Notes under the pieces: generated by a model
The model's input: only the letters and a program-made list of their open reading frames with translations
The model's database searches: none
Told to the model about the DNA's origin: nothing
Shown here: piece by piece, positions 13,080-25,801 of the stretch
Layout of the letters: each line of letters opens with the position of its first letter
How positions within the stretch are numbered: position 1 is the first letter of the stretch
NCBI RefSeq assembly: GCF_006345805.1
Contig: NC_043003.1
Location: 52,700,001 to 52,764,000 of the forward strand
DNA length: 64,000 nt
Source: Octopus sinensis
Lineage: Eukaryota
Reading direction: 5' to 3'
Position numbers and translations under genes: made by a program

Positions 13080-13855
13080 CTAGCAGCATAGCCCGGCGTT
13101 GCCCGGTATGTAAGAAACTTTGTCAATAAGCAATGCCCTTTACCCTTTTACCCTTTTTTGTACTCATTGAACCGTTATTTTGTAAAATGAAGCCTAAAAG
13201 ACATTAAGGCATTCAAGGCACCGTTCCCTTGCATGCATGAAGAAGTAGGGAAAATCTATGTGAATTTTCAAAAGAAAACGCAGAAAGATCGGTTTACTAT
13301 GTGTGCCACATATGATGTAATTAACCGATTTTTTCCAGTAATAACGTATCCTATTGGAATCAAAAGGGCCATATAGTTCCTTGGAGTAGACATGATGCTC
13401 GCTGTGAATTAAAAAAAAAATTCCTGCCAATTTGTTAAAGATATTGTCGAAAATATGTCATCTTGAATTTGAACGCGATTTCCCAAAATGGCATGATTTT
13501 ATCGATTTTTTTCTGATGGTAAGGTATTGCATGGAAAACTAACGACAGAATTAAGTTCCTTAGGGTAACATTAAGCTTCACCATGAGTTTGGTGAAAATC
13601 GATTGTATGTTGCGAAAACTACAACGGAAAATGTGTTGCATATGATAAGCTTAGATTCTAGACTCCATGTCGAATTTATCGATTTTTTCAGAACTGGCGG
13701 AACTTTTCAAAATTTTCGCTGCATTAGTTTTGAATTATGACATTGGGCTATGTGTGTGTCAAGTTTCATCAGAATCGGTTGAAAGCCGTGGTCAGGGTAA
13801 GGGTACAACCTGACAGACACACAGACAGACAACTTGCCTCTTATATATAGAGAGA
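13080..13855 (-). mobile_element. Non-autonomous Helitron, 776 bp
   Basis: On the minus strand: 5' TC, 3' GC-rich hairpin (ccgggcaacgccggg) followed by CTAG, inserted at an A|T site. Shares termini with 35581-35963. Confidence 0.8.
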
Positions 13856-14452
13856 TCGATAAGAAGAAAGCAGTGGTAACATTAAAGAAAATGAAAGGAA
13901 AAGTGTAAATTGTTTTCAGAGCATCCAGAATGCCTGGTGGAAAGAAAAATCCCGAACCCTTCAAAACGTGTCAAACGTTTAAAGATTGTAAGATAATGTA
14001 TCAACGGCAGCAAGAAGTCTTAGGTTTGCTCTTTTTAAGGCCAAAGATGGAAATAAGATCTGGAAGCAGCCAAATGAGATACAGATTTGGTGGAGGAAAC
14101 ACTACAGTGAGCTATTGAACAGGATATTAAGCAGCGAACATTAAAGAAATGTTCAGATGAGGTATCAAATCACGAAGGAGTCAACAAAGCCATATTACAA
14201 ATGAACAATGGGAAATCACCTGACATGGACGAAAGACTTGCAGAGGTGCTGAAATGTGGGGGAGACAAGCTGTATGTATGCATGCATGCATGTATATATG
14301 AGTGTATGCATGTATGCATGAATATATGTATTATGCGTGCATGTATGTATGAAGAAATGGACGAAACTTGTATGTTGCAACTGAAAATATTTGCCAACTC
14401 ACTTAGTCATTACTATACTTACACACACGCACACACACACACGTATATGTGT

Positions 14453-14497
<45 letters not shown>

Positions 14498-15384
14498 GTC
14501 ACTGACATTGTTGAACAGTCATTTTAGCCATTTGTAATCTTTAATACCACAAAACTGTTAAACTCATTTGTAATTTCTGTTGTGCCAGGTCAACACTTTT
14601 AGCAAACTGGTCGTAATTTGTAGCCAACGCAAATTTCGACTCCTCAGTAAATAAACAAAAGTTAATTCAACAGTTTTTTTTTTGGATGGTGGGGTTGATG
14701 GGTGCTGTTTTGAACTGGCTAAAACGGCTCTTCAGTGGTGCAATTGCTCCAGTTTCAACAATTTATTCTTTCAGTAATTACAACAAATTACTTGCTAGGC
14801 AAGGCACAGCGCCAACACACACGCACACACACTCATATACATGTATATATATCTGTCTGTCTGTCTACGTGTGTTTTGTATAAAATTATGTACAAAGACA
14901 AAATATTAACCGAAAAAAAAAAGAAACATTGAAGTTTATTTTTCCAAAGAAATATTTGGTAGTGACTTCGAAGTGTCGCTGTGTGTTGGCTTCATGTAAC
15001 TGTGAATATACGTTATTGTTTAATTCCTATGTTATCTGGTTAACAGCCTCGATTAGACTATCCTATGATGTTGAGATCTAATAGACAGAATCTTGTCTAC
15101 GGTTGTCCATTACTGATAGACAAAATCAAACCTTTCTTACACGTAATCATGAAAATCTATTCTGAAAGAGTTTCTATGGTTATCAGTATTAAAAGTTTGA
15201 TGCATTTGAGTGTGGAAGCATTTCTAAATCGTCTGAAATCTTTAAAAAAATGTGAATGTGCAGTTAAATTCATTTTCAAGCATTGTAACTTAATCGAATC
15301 AGCTTTGTCATAGCATTTCTAAAGCAATTTCATGAATAACATAAATCTAGACAATTCTTTTACCTTTCTATTTATTTCACTCAT

Positions 15385-15544
15385 TGTCGCCATGCTGGAG
15401 CACCGCCTTAAAGGATTTTAGTCGAACAGCTCCAGTACTTATTTTTTAAAGTCTTTTTTTTTTGCCAAACTACCAAGTTACAGGGACGTAAACAAACCAA
15501 CACTTGATGTCAAGCGGTGTACGAAGACAAACACAGACACAAAG

Positions 15545-15578
<34 letters not shown>

Positions 15579-15657
15579 CGGGCTACCAATACTTTCCGAA
15601 ATTCACTCACTCGGCTCGGTCAGACTGAACCTGAAACCATATAGTTGCAAAGTGACT
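15385..15657 (-). mobile_element. SINE family A, older diverged copy
   Basis: gccatgctggagcaccgcc is the reverse complement of the family A tail. Confidence 0.75.
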
Positions 15658-15905
15658 ATATATATGTATGTGTGTGTACATGTTTGTGTGTCTGTGTTTG
15701 TCCCCCCAACATCGCTTGACAACAGATGCTGGTGAGTTTACGTCCCCGTAACTTAGCGGTTCGCTAAAACAGACGGGTAGAATAAGTACTAGCCTCGCAA
15801 AGAATAAGTCCTGGGGTCGATTTGCTCGACTAAAGGCGGCGCTCCAGCATGGCCGCAGTCAAATGACTGAAACAAGTAAAAGGGAAAGAGAAAGAGAAAA
15901 AGAGA
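15658..15905 (+). mobile_element. SINE family A, 3' half
   Basis: Matches 12720-12947. Confidence 0.9.
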
Positions 15906-16089
15906 ATATATATTCAATTATGTATTCATATATTTAACATTTTGCTGCAATAGAATGGATAGCATGCAGTCACTTTCTTTCCTTAGCTTTTCAAATTGTT
16001 CCGTCAATTGACTGAGATAATTCTCTTCTCGGTATATAACTCATTCTGTGCAAAAAGTGAAAGAGACTGATTTTCTGTTCAAAGATGTT

Positions 16090-16420
16090 TAATTCAATAG
16101 AATCAACACACGTGGGCATGCCTACAAAGTCAGAAAACAGCGTAGCTTCCATGACTTTTCACACTCAGAGTTGCTGAAACATGGAATAAATTACCTACAT
16201 CAGTTGTGAACTGCCGAGACATTGATTCCTTTAAAACCTTCATGCTTCCTGAAATCCGCCAACTGTACACCTGATATCCCCTACCACCATACGCATGCAC
16301 ACGAGTATATCATGGCTCATACACTGTGCACTTTCCTGACATTTGTACATAATTCTATGTCCTATACATGCACCTTTGATAATTTGTAGTGCACCTGAGC
16401 ACTGTACACAATAATTTCTT
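16090..16420 (+). mobile_element. 3' end of a CR1-clade LINE (family 2) with (CAT)n tail
   Basis: NTRGHAYKVRK...LRVAETWNKLPTSVVNC..FK, the CR1 C-terminal signature. Homologous to 60462-60695. Confidence 0.8.
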
Positions 16421-16451
16421 CTTCATCATCATCATCATCACCACCACCAGT

Positions 16452-17035
16452 ACCAGTTACGTACCAGTTACGTACCAGTTACGCACTGGGGTCGATATAC
16501 TCGACCTAATCCGTTTGTCTATCCTTGTTTGTCCTCTCTGTGTTTAGCCCCTTGTGGATAGTAAAGAAATAGGTATTTCGTCTGCCGTTACGTTCTGAGT
16601 TCAAATTCCGCCGAGGTCGATTTTGTCTTTCATCCTTTCGGGGTCGATAAATTAAGTACCAGTTACACACTGGGGTCGATGTAATCGACTTAATTCCTTT
16701 GTCTGTCCTTGTTTGTCCCCTCTATGTTTAGCCCCTTGTGAGCAATAAAGAAATAAGAAACGTTAGCTCGCCGGGCGAAATGCTTAGCAGTATTTCGTCT
16801 GCCATAAGGGTTTTAAAAGGCGGCGAACTGGCAGAAACGTTAGCACGCCCGGCGAAATGCTTAGCGCTATTTCGTATGTCTTTATGTTCTGAGTTCAAAT
16901 TCTGCAGAGGTCGACATTGCCTTTCATCCTTTCGGGATCGATTAAATAAGTACCAGTTGCGTACTGGGGTCGACCTAATCGACTGGCCTCTTTCCCTAAA
17001 ATTTCGGGCCTTGTGCCTAGAGTAGAGAAGAATAT
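16452..17035 (+). mobile_element. SINE family B: truncated multimer (core-spacer units) followed by a complete monomer at ~16817-17035
   Basis: Head aaggcggcga.ctggcagaaacgttagcacg, B-box gagttcaaatt, core gcctttcatcctttcggg.tcgat...aagtaccagtt, tail gggccttgtgcctagagtag. Confidence 0.9.
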
Positions 17036-17754
17036 TAATTTGACAGTATTTCATGAGGTTCCTCGCGTAATTGGTCCATTATTGGTGGAAAATTGTTAAT
17101 AATAGTGATTTATTCTATATTAAGTGTTGCAATAAAGAGCATTTGTGATGCGTTGAAAGGAGTTCATCATGCATTACCTTGTTGCCAAAAGTTATCTTCT
17201 TTTTTTTAGTATAGAGATCTCGTAAAAAGTGATCAAATCCCAAACATGCAACATTAATATAAGTTGGTAATGTTCACACTATAAAGAAACAAAAGGAAAG
17301 TGTCTATTCTCTTCGTCCACGTGATATTTTCATTCTTCTTTCTGCCAACTTAGAAAATCCTATTAAGGAGAAATACTACGCCTCCATATAATTCACTTAA
17401 AAGAAGACAAAAGGGAGAGCCAACACAGTGAAGTTGAAACATTTTGAAAAGTAGAACACTTCAAGTGGGAGGATATACATATTAACAGAAAATAATGCAG
17501 GCCGCAATATTTTTATTATTTCATTATTAAATATATTCAAAATATATCATGCTTACGCGACAACATATTCACGAGGAACTCCCCGGTGCTTAATTGATAG
17601 TCTTTATTGTTAACCAGGGAGTCACGTGGAGAAACTCATATTGAATTATAACATATTTTGTACATTCGGGCTGAAAGAGAAAAATAACATTTGAGAGAAT
17701 GATCTACCTACTTGTTATGTTATGAATACTGTCATCTCTCTTTTCTCTTTTTTT

Positions 17755-18156
17755 TTTTTTTCTCTTTTACTTGTTTCAGTCATTTGACTGTGGCCATGCT
17801 GGAGCACCGCCTTTAGTCGAGGAAATCGACCCCAGGACTTATTCTTTGTAAGTCTAGAACTTATTCTATCGGTCTCTTTAACCGAACCGCTAAGTTACGG
17901 GGACGTAAACACACCAGCATCGGTTGTTAAGAGATGTTGGGGGGGGGGGCAAACATAGACACACAAACACACACATATATATATACATATATACGACGGG
18001 CTTCTTTCAGTTTCCGTCTACCAAATCCACTCACAAGGCTTTGGTCGGCCCGAGGCTATAGTAGAAGACACTTGCCCAAGGTGACACGCAGTGGGACTGA
18101 ACCCGGAACCATGTGGTTGGTAAGCAAGCTACTTACCACACAGCCACTCCTGCGCC
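17755..18156 (-). mobile_element. SINE family A, full length
   Basis: Reverse complement of 12546-12947. Confidence 0.9.
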
Positions 18157-18431
18157 TCTTAACATCATTAACTCTTTAGAGTGATCTTGGAATTATTCTC
18201 TTGGCAGGTTGATTCTTTGACTCGATTTCGATTCCCACCCATCTCATCTAATTTTGGACAGCAATGTCAAGAAAAAAGAATGAATGTTACAACAACCTCA
18301 TTTCTTTTTTTTTTTCTGAAACTTTGTTTTTCCATGCGAATACTCTAAAGTAAATAAGGATAGATAAAGATACCCAGCTCTGTCCGATTGATGCTTGGAC
18401 CATTGAAAAAAGAGGGACTCATGCACTAGGC

Positions 18432-18884
18432 CAGTGGTTTTTAACCTGGGAGGTAACGCCCTTTTCTGTTGGTGTTTAGAGGGATCGGGATTTTTCTTAG
18501 AAAAAAAAACCCTACTTATATTTTAAACACACTATTGAAAACATCTTTGTCAGGATTAGAATATGTATTGATCATTGTGTTATCAGTGAGCAGGAACATG
18601 ATTGATGATGTGCTAAGGTCCATTTTATTTTCATTAAATAGACCCTCACCTTCGTTAATAATTTTCTTAGAAATTTAGCACAGGTACACTACCCCACGCA
18701 AGTATCCGAAAAGAAGCACATATTTATAAGGGACAATATTAGAAAATGTGGATTAAAAAAAAACCCATTCCACAAGATTAGCTTTTGCTTGATTAAATTT
18801 TTTTTTTTTACATAGGTAGAAGGTGTTTGAAAAATACCTTTTGGCGAAAGAATGCTCTGAGTTACAAAAGGTTGAGAACCACAG
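18432..18884. mobile_element. hAT (Charlie-like) MITE, 453 bp
   Basis: TIRs cagtggtttttaacct / aggttgagaaccacag. 8-bp TSD cactaggc / tacttggc (6/8). Confidence 0.7.
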
Positions 18885-18934
18885 TACTTGGCTAAGCGTC
18901 TTAGGGTACTCGAATGAGGGTGCGCCAAAAATAG

Positions 18935-19914
18935 TTTCAAATTTTGGCACCAGGTTAGCAAGTTCGAGGGAAGGAGATTAGATCAACCCCAGAGCTCAGC
19001 TGGTACTTATTTCATCGACCCCGAAAGGATGAAAGACATAATCAACCTCGGCAGAATTTGATCTGAGAACATAAAGCATTTTCTCCAGCGTGCTAACGTC
19101 TCTGCTAGTTCGCCGCCTTGGGTGTGCCAGAAGCAGTAAAAGCAAAACCACGCATCAAATATTTAAAAACCATATTTATCAACGAGTGAAGGTGCGTGGC
19201 CTAATGGTTAGGGGATTGTTGGCAAGATCATGGTTTCGATTCTCGGACCAGACGGTGTATTGTGTTCTTGAGTAAAAAATTTCATTTTCCGTTGCTTCAG
19301 TCTGCTAATCTGTAAATGAGCAACCTGGCCTCCTGTACAGGAATATACTGTGATCTCGGTCGCTTATATGCCATATGAGTCGAGGCAGTAATGTCCAGGG
19401 GATTTATTTATCAGCGAATAATTACTGTAGTCATTTGAACACTGCTTTTTACAAGAACAGAAAGTTTATTCATTAATAATTAAATTAGAACTACTAGTAT
19501 TAGTCTCAAATTTTGGCACAAGGCCAGCAAGTTCGGAGGTACGTCGACCCCTATGTTCAACTGGTACTTATTTTATCGACCCCAAAAGGAAGAAAGGCAG
19601 AGTCGGCCTCGATAGAATTTGAACTCAGAACGTAAAGATGGACGAAATGCCGCTAAGCAGACTACTCGGCGTGCAAAGGATTCTGCCTGCTCGCCACCTT
19701 AATGATATAAGCTACAGTTCCTGGTTGTATTCAGCACTTTTATAAACTGAAAAAAAAAAACCCCTCAAAAAATACCAACGACTAAGAATATTCCTTTCTA
19801 CTCTAGGAACACGGCCCGAAATTTTGGGGGAGGTGCCCAGTCGATCAGATCGACCCCAGTACGCAACTGGTACTTAATTTATCGACTCCGAAAGGATGAA
19901 AGGCAAAGTCGACC
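18935..19914 (-). mobile_element. Cluster of three SINE family B copies (~18935-19119, 19500-19700, 19783-19914) around a CORE-type SINE at 19188-19330 (+)
   Basis: Reverse-complement matches to family B head and core. The first two copies carry an alternative tail (..tgccaaaatttga.acta). Confidence 0.8.
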
Positions 19915-20255
19915 AAGAATATTAAGTTTCAGACGAGAAAATTGAGTTTCTCGTCTGAACTGAAAATGATCTTTATTTAGAAATCTTTCTCTCTTCCCCC
20001 CTCTCTCTCTGTCTGGTTGTTTATTTTTAAAGGAGCATTTCTATTTCTGGCGCGCCCAAGGCGGCTGAGTTGTTAGCACACCAGACAAAATGCTTAGCAA
20101 TTCATAGAAAAGTAAGGTATCTTGAAAAGATGAGCTTAAATAAACTGAAGGGGCGTGATTAATCCGTAAGTAATCCAGTATGTGAATAAAAAATTGCTAA
20201 AATTTGAAGAAAAGAAAATAAAGTTTAAGAAATTCAGATTTTAAAAATAAACATA

Positions 20256-20505
20256 GTCACTGTGGTTTAGTGGTTAGGGTGTCAGCATCATGATCGTAAG
20301 ATTGTGGTTTCGATTCCTGGACCGGGCGTCGCGTTGTGTTATTGAGCAAAACACTTTATTTCACGTTGGTCCAGTCCACTCAGCTGGCAAAATGAGTAAC
20401 GCTGCGATGGACTGGCGTCCCTTCCAGCTGGGGAACACATACTCCATTGAAACCGGGAAACCGGGCTCAAGAGCCTGGCTAGGCTTTAAAAGGGCGCATT
20501 TATTA
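20256..20505 (+). mobile_element. tRNA-derived CORE-type SINE (family C head plus tail T1)
   Basis: A/B boxes, then ttgagcaaaacactttatttcacgttggtccagtccactcagctggcaaaatgag (MIR CORE-like), tail ending aaaagggcgcat. Confidence 0.85.
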
Positions 20506-20938
20506 TTATATACATAGTCACTAAGTGTAAAAACAATTGCTTCGTGAGGATATGAATAATCAGCGTCAACTACTTCAAGTCATCTCTATTCATCACAATC
20601 TATCACAGGAATTTCATCTCAGACAATTCCATCACAATATGCCTCGATGGGGCTCTCACCGATCCACATTCTCCAAAAAACCTGGAGTGTTGTCCACATT
20701 CTTCTCGTACTACTTTCTATACAGTAATGAACTACCTGATATTATCATTTATTATCACATACACCCATTCCCAGATAATGACACGTATCAGTCTTTAACG
20801 TGCTACTAAAAAGTATTTATCCACACGTAATCTAGATGAGTGTTTCTGTGATTAGTTTCTGAAGATTTGCAATGCATCCGTAAATAGACATTTTAAAACA
20901 CTTTCGCATGAAGACATTAACTAGAGCGATTAGACACA

Positions 20939-21088
<150 letters not shown>

Positions 21089-22391
21089 GTCTCGGCTCAA
21101 AATGAGCCCAGACCATGTCTAACTTGGTCATTTTGAAGTCATTTTAAAGTCTTGTTTTGTGGCATACTCTATTCAAGGAGGGAGTTGTTGACTGAGATAT
21201 TCTATGTATAGGTAGTTTGGTATCCCTTGACGAAATTTGTCCACATATAGTTTGAAAGTGATGGGGTGTTTTCTTTATATATACCAAGCATTCCTAATAT
21301 AGAAACGATACATATCTTAACTCCTGAAAACTGCTTTTAATACTAGGTCTCACAAGCCAATATTTCCTAATAGTGACACACACATATAACAACAAAAACT
21401 GAATTCTCCTCCTCAAATGAAAACAATTATATACCTGAGAATAAAGATATTTAAAAGTATAAATTATGTTAAAGGATTGAAACATTTGTTATTTAAAGTA
21501 GCGGTGCCGTTTTACCCTAGAGGAGTAAGTTTCTATAAAATGCTGAGCCATCAGATTAGCGTCTTTATAACAATTTTCGCGAAAAAAAGAACCACTAGTC
21601 GCAATAAGATCACCTTTGATATGATATCTTGTTTGGTATATCTCTTCAAATACCAGAATATTACTTCAGTTACATAGGTACTCTGTTTATCGCCAAAATA
21701 TCTTTTCAGTGGGCAATACAGAATACAGTCTATGAAATTATTCTCATAATTGCTGAGATTACACGATATGAAATAACTAATCCCAACTACTCAGATAAAT
21801 GTACGTCTTGTACCGGCTGTTAAAGCTAGTGTATTTGACAGAATATATATACATATAATTAATGTTACTGAAACCAGATTTTGTTAATGATGAACATATA
21901 ATTATACGGCCTCCATAATCTTTTACATAAGTAATGAAAACTTCAACGTACAAGCTTTCAAAACAACAAACACTGATGTTAAGCTCGAGTGTGGAGATGT
22001 ATCTAGCGTAACCATACATCAAAATGCCTGTATACATCATGGTTTGAATTAAAATGCTTTCTCCAAAGACGGTTGTTGCCCGCAACTTTCACGTGAATCG
22101 CCTGAAGTGTATTTCAGTTAATCACGCACACGTGCACACCGTATACATATTTTATATTACGCCTATATTCATATTGCTTCGAGCTTAGGGAAATCCTCTT
22201 AAGTCGAATTTTGTTCGTATGCTAGGCCTTGTCAAAATATATTAACCAGGAAAACCACTCGATGTAACTGAAAAATATATGCTTTGGTGGATATTCAGGA
22301 ATGTTATAAGAAAATCCACTTAAGCGAACAGGTGACGAACACGTGATAAACTAAGATAGAAAAAAAATCCATCCATTTCAAAATGTCCTCC

Positions 22392-22430
<39 letters not shown>

Positions 22431-22967
22431 CTCACACACACACACACATGTGAGGACATAGGTGAAAAACAAGGTGGAGAAAATAACACCCGAAAAGGCA
22501 GACGTTCGCTTTTGCCTGATAATCACTTACATGAAAATCTGAGTAAAAGCCTGGGAAGCTTTTAGATTCAATAAAGCGCGCGCGCGAGAGAGAGAGAGGG
22601 AGGGAGAGAGAAAGAGAGACAGAGAGAGAGAGAGATACATATACATGAGAATTTGGGCGAAACATTATCTTGAATACGAATTCAGAATTTTAAATTTGAA
22701 TACTGGAGATAGTAAACACCAAACTCCTGATAAACCAGGTCAGTGACCTGGTTTAACTCTCAGCTTAGGTGCTTTCAATTCATTTATGCCAATTATGACC
22801 TAGAGAAAACAAAGTCATAAATGTTACAGCATCATATATTTGATTCTTTAATCTGGATACATCTACTTTGTAAAAGTAAAAATCGATATTCTCAAGGAAT
22901 ATTGATTGAAATATTACGTGTATTTAGTGGAGGTGGGGAATAATTTTCTGTAGTTTACCTATACTTG

Positions 22968-23197
22968 TTTCTTTACTACCCTCAAGGGGCTAAACACAGA
23001 GGGGACAAACAAGGACAGACAAACGGATTAAGTCGATTATATCGACCCCAGTGCGTAACTGGTACTTATTTAATCGACCCCGAAAGGATGAAAGGCAAAG
23101 TTGACCTCGGCGGAATTTGAACTCAGAACGTAGCGGCAGACGAAATGGTGCTAAGCATTTCGCCCGGCGTGCTAACGATTCTGCCAGCTCGCCGCCT
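22968..23197 (-). mobile_element. SINE family B, head plus core plus spacer
   Basis: Reverse-complement match to 51280-51500. Confidence 0.85.
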
Positions 23198-23655
23198 ATA
23201 CCACTTCACTATAGTCTACCTATACCACTTCACTTTTGTGGAGTCTCTTCGTCTTCAACCGCATAAAATGAAACACTCGTCAACGTTGCAATGTCATTGG
23301 TGACTACTGCGCTGAGGCGTGTAATTTTTAAAGTTTTTGTTTCTATTGTACTGATCTTATGTAAGGGCTGGGCTCTTAGTCTTCTCGTGCCTTTCAATAC
23401 AGGTGAGATTAATGCTGTTAATATTTCTCTTGAATAATTCAAAACTGACGACTGCTGGAAACATAAGAAGGAGATACAGAGGAAAGATGGTCTGGGAAGT
23501 AAAAACTGGTAGCAGCACTTGGTGCCGGGCTTGGTGGATGAAAAGAATGTAGATAATGAGGTGAGCGGAAACGAGTAAGTGGAGAGTGTTTGAACAGAGT
23601 AACATGAGAGCAGCTCGCTGCGGGAAGCTGTAGCTACAGGTGCATCAGTAGAAGG

Positions 23656-23723
<68 letters not shown>

Positions 23724-23729
23724 AAAGCA

Positions 23730-24308
23730 TTTATTCTTTTCTACTCTAGGCACAAGGCCCGAAATTTGTGGGAGGAGGCCAGTCGATTACATCGACCTCA
23801 GTACGCAACTGGTACGTAATTTATCGACCTCGAAAGGCAAAGTCGAACTCGGCGGAATTTGAACTTGGAACGTAAAGACAGACGAAATACCTATTTTTTA
23901 CGACCCACAAGGGGGCTACACACAGAGAGGACAAACAAAGACAGATAAACGGATTAAGTCGATTATATCGACGCCAGTGCGTAACTGGTACTTATTTTAT
24001 CGACCCCGAGGGGATGAAAGGCAAAGACGACCTCGGCGGAATTTAAACTCAGAACGCAGCGGCAGACGAAATACCCATTTCTTTACTACTCACAAGGGGC
24101 TAAACGCAGAGGGGACAAACAAGGACAGACAAACGGATTAAGTCAATTACATCGACCCCAGTGCGTAACTGGTACTTATTTTATCGACCCCGAAAGGATG
24201 GAAGGCAAAGTCAACCTCGGCGGAATGTGAACTCAGAACGTAAAGACAGACGAAATACCGCTAAGCATTTCGTCCGGCGTGCTAACGATTCTGCTAGTTC
24301 GCCGCCTT
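23730..24308 (-). mobile_element. SINE family B trimer (head, three cores, two spacers, tail)
   Basis: Three copies of ..actggtac....tttatcgac..cga and two copies of the ..cacaagggg spacer, period ~185-190 bp. Confidence 0.9.
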
Positions 24309-25801
24309 CAAGCACAGCGTTTTTTTTGGGGGGCGAGAGATAGGAATGTGTTTATGTAAGATTTCATGCTAATCAGTTAGGTGGCCTTTTTTTGATAAGG
24401 TCTTGGATAACCGTATGTGTATCACCCCAGATGTAGGAGCAGTTCACCACTGTGGGTCCCACTTCAGTTTTGCAGAAAGTTAGTCGGTGTTGTAAAATGT
24501 ATATTTTCTGATCCTGAAGCGAAAGACCAGTTAAACGGGATATTAAAATCTAAGTATCGTGAATACGCATGTAGCAAAGCGTTGGTTACAAGACAGATTT
24601 TCGATTACTTACTTGTACGCTAGTCATTCAAATTGGACTAACTTAATTTGAGAGGATAACGTGCCCGCTTTAGGCCTCAGACTGTTACTGAGATGTTATT
24701 GCATAAGAGATAAGGTATCTTGGTTTTCAGGCAATTAGCAGTTAGCTTGGAATTTTCTGTCATTGATTTCTTTCGAAACTCTTTTCACAATGCTAAAAGT
24801 CATCATTCCAATCGAAGGAACGGCTTTGGAAGTGCTTTGCGAGTTCTTTAAGTATGCAATAAAGCAAAGTTCTGCATCGCTATCACCATATTTGATATTA
24901 TTTCTCAGTCTTGAATCTCTGCTGCGTCTGATGTGCACCATCTGGTGAATGTTGAAACAGGTTTTTTATTTAGTTTTTGCTTTTATGCAATTTCGTGAAA
25001 TGATAATGGAAATGCGATATGTTTTTTAATTATATTCAGGATAAGAAAACCTTTTCCCAAACCAGTATTCATTAGCTTCTTCAGTACTTGAAAGTTCCTC
25101 GATATCTTGGTCACTTGTATCGAAGAGAAGGATATATGGATGTATGAGATTTATTTGGGAGACTTTTATATGCTTTTCTTTAGAACCTGCATGAAAATGA
25201 GACGTATATTATTCCCTTTGCATAAAAACGAAGACTTAGACTTTTGCTTGAAGTCAGTTCTAGATATTACATGAATTATACTCAGACATTCAAATTCTGT
25301 TACTATCATGAATAATTTGTTTGCCGTTCATGTTGGATTTCCAACATGTCATGCGGATTTATAGCGGGTCTGAAATCATTTTAAGAAATTCTCTTCTTCC
25401 TCTTTTCCCTTTTCATATTAACAGACATAAAAAAAGCGTTAACCCTGCTAGGCAACTTTTGAAAGCAATTTGGTAATTAGTTGTATAAACACAAATCTGT
25501 GCTGACAGTTGGACAGTGCAATATTTACGATAAAAATCGAACAAAAGCATAAGTATAGAATCATTAAAGAGTTTCCTAAAATATATAAACTCTAGAATCG
25601 AAACATGAAGCATTCTGAGAAGACACTCTATATTTCAGAAGCTTCCAGTTTGTCGCTTAATCACGCACTGAACTCAACTATATGAAGTATTGATTACTTT
25701 TAGCGCAAAAGCTGCAAGAATGAAAATTACAATCTTGGGTTCATTACATTTCTTCGGATTTATAAAAAGTTATAAAACTTAACTAAGATTTTTGAATTAC
25801 T

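Larger units (their letters stand above)
11620..14275 (+). mobile_element. Degenerate RTE-clade LINE (APE domain to start of RT), interrupted by a SINE and a Helitron
   Basis: VKVGY*NIRTL, GYTFFWKG, DFNARVG, NSNGLHLLQLC..YNLTISNTFF, IDYIVTK, TDHQLV, then KAILQMNNGKSPDMD..AEVLKCGG at ~14185-14270. Confidence 0.85.

Noticed and set aside
15385-15905. Apparent MITE with ~20-bp TIRs
   Set aside because: Explained by two SINE A copies back to back with their 3' tails pointing outward.
16452-16810. Regularly spaced repeats suggestive of a CRISPR-like array
   Set aside because: Eukaryotic context, and the intervening sequences are identical rather than unique spacers; these are SINE B tandem units.
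16738-17025. Recurring ORFs GGELAETLARPAKCL.. and RNWYLF..RPR..
   Set aside because: They are frames through SINE family B.
22300-23730. GA-repeat-rich region with several GT(A/G)AG donor-like sites, possibly a promoter or first exon
   Set aside because: Such motifs are expected by chance, and ORF 23230-23730 starts inside a (CT)n tract.
24735-25200. Possible minus-strand exons (acceptors near 25190 and 24943; ~53- and 68-codon frames)
   Set aside because: No recognisable motif and no consistent splice phase; cannot be supported without RNA data.
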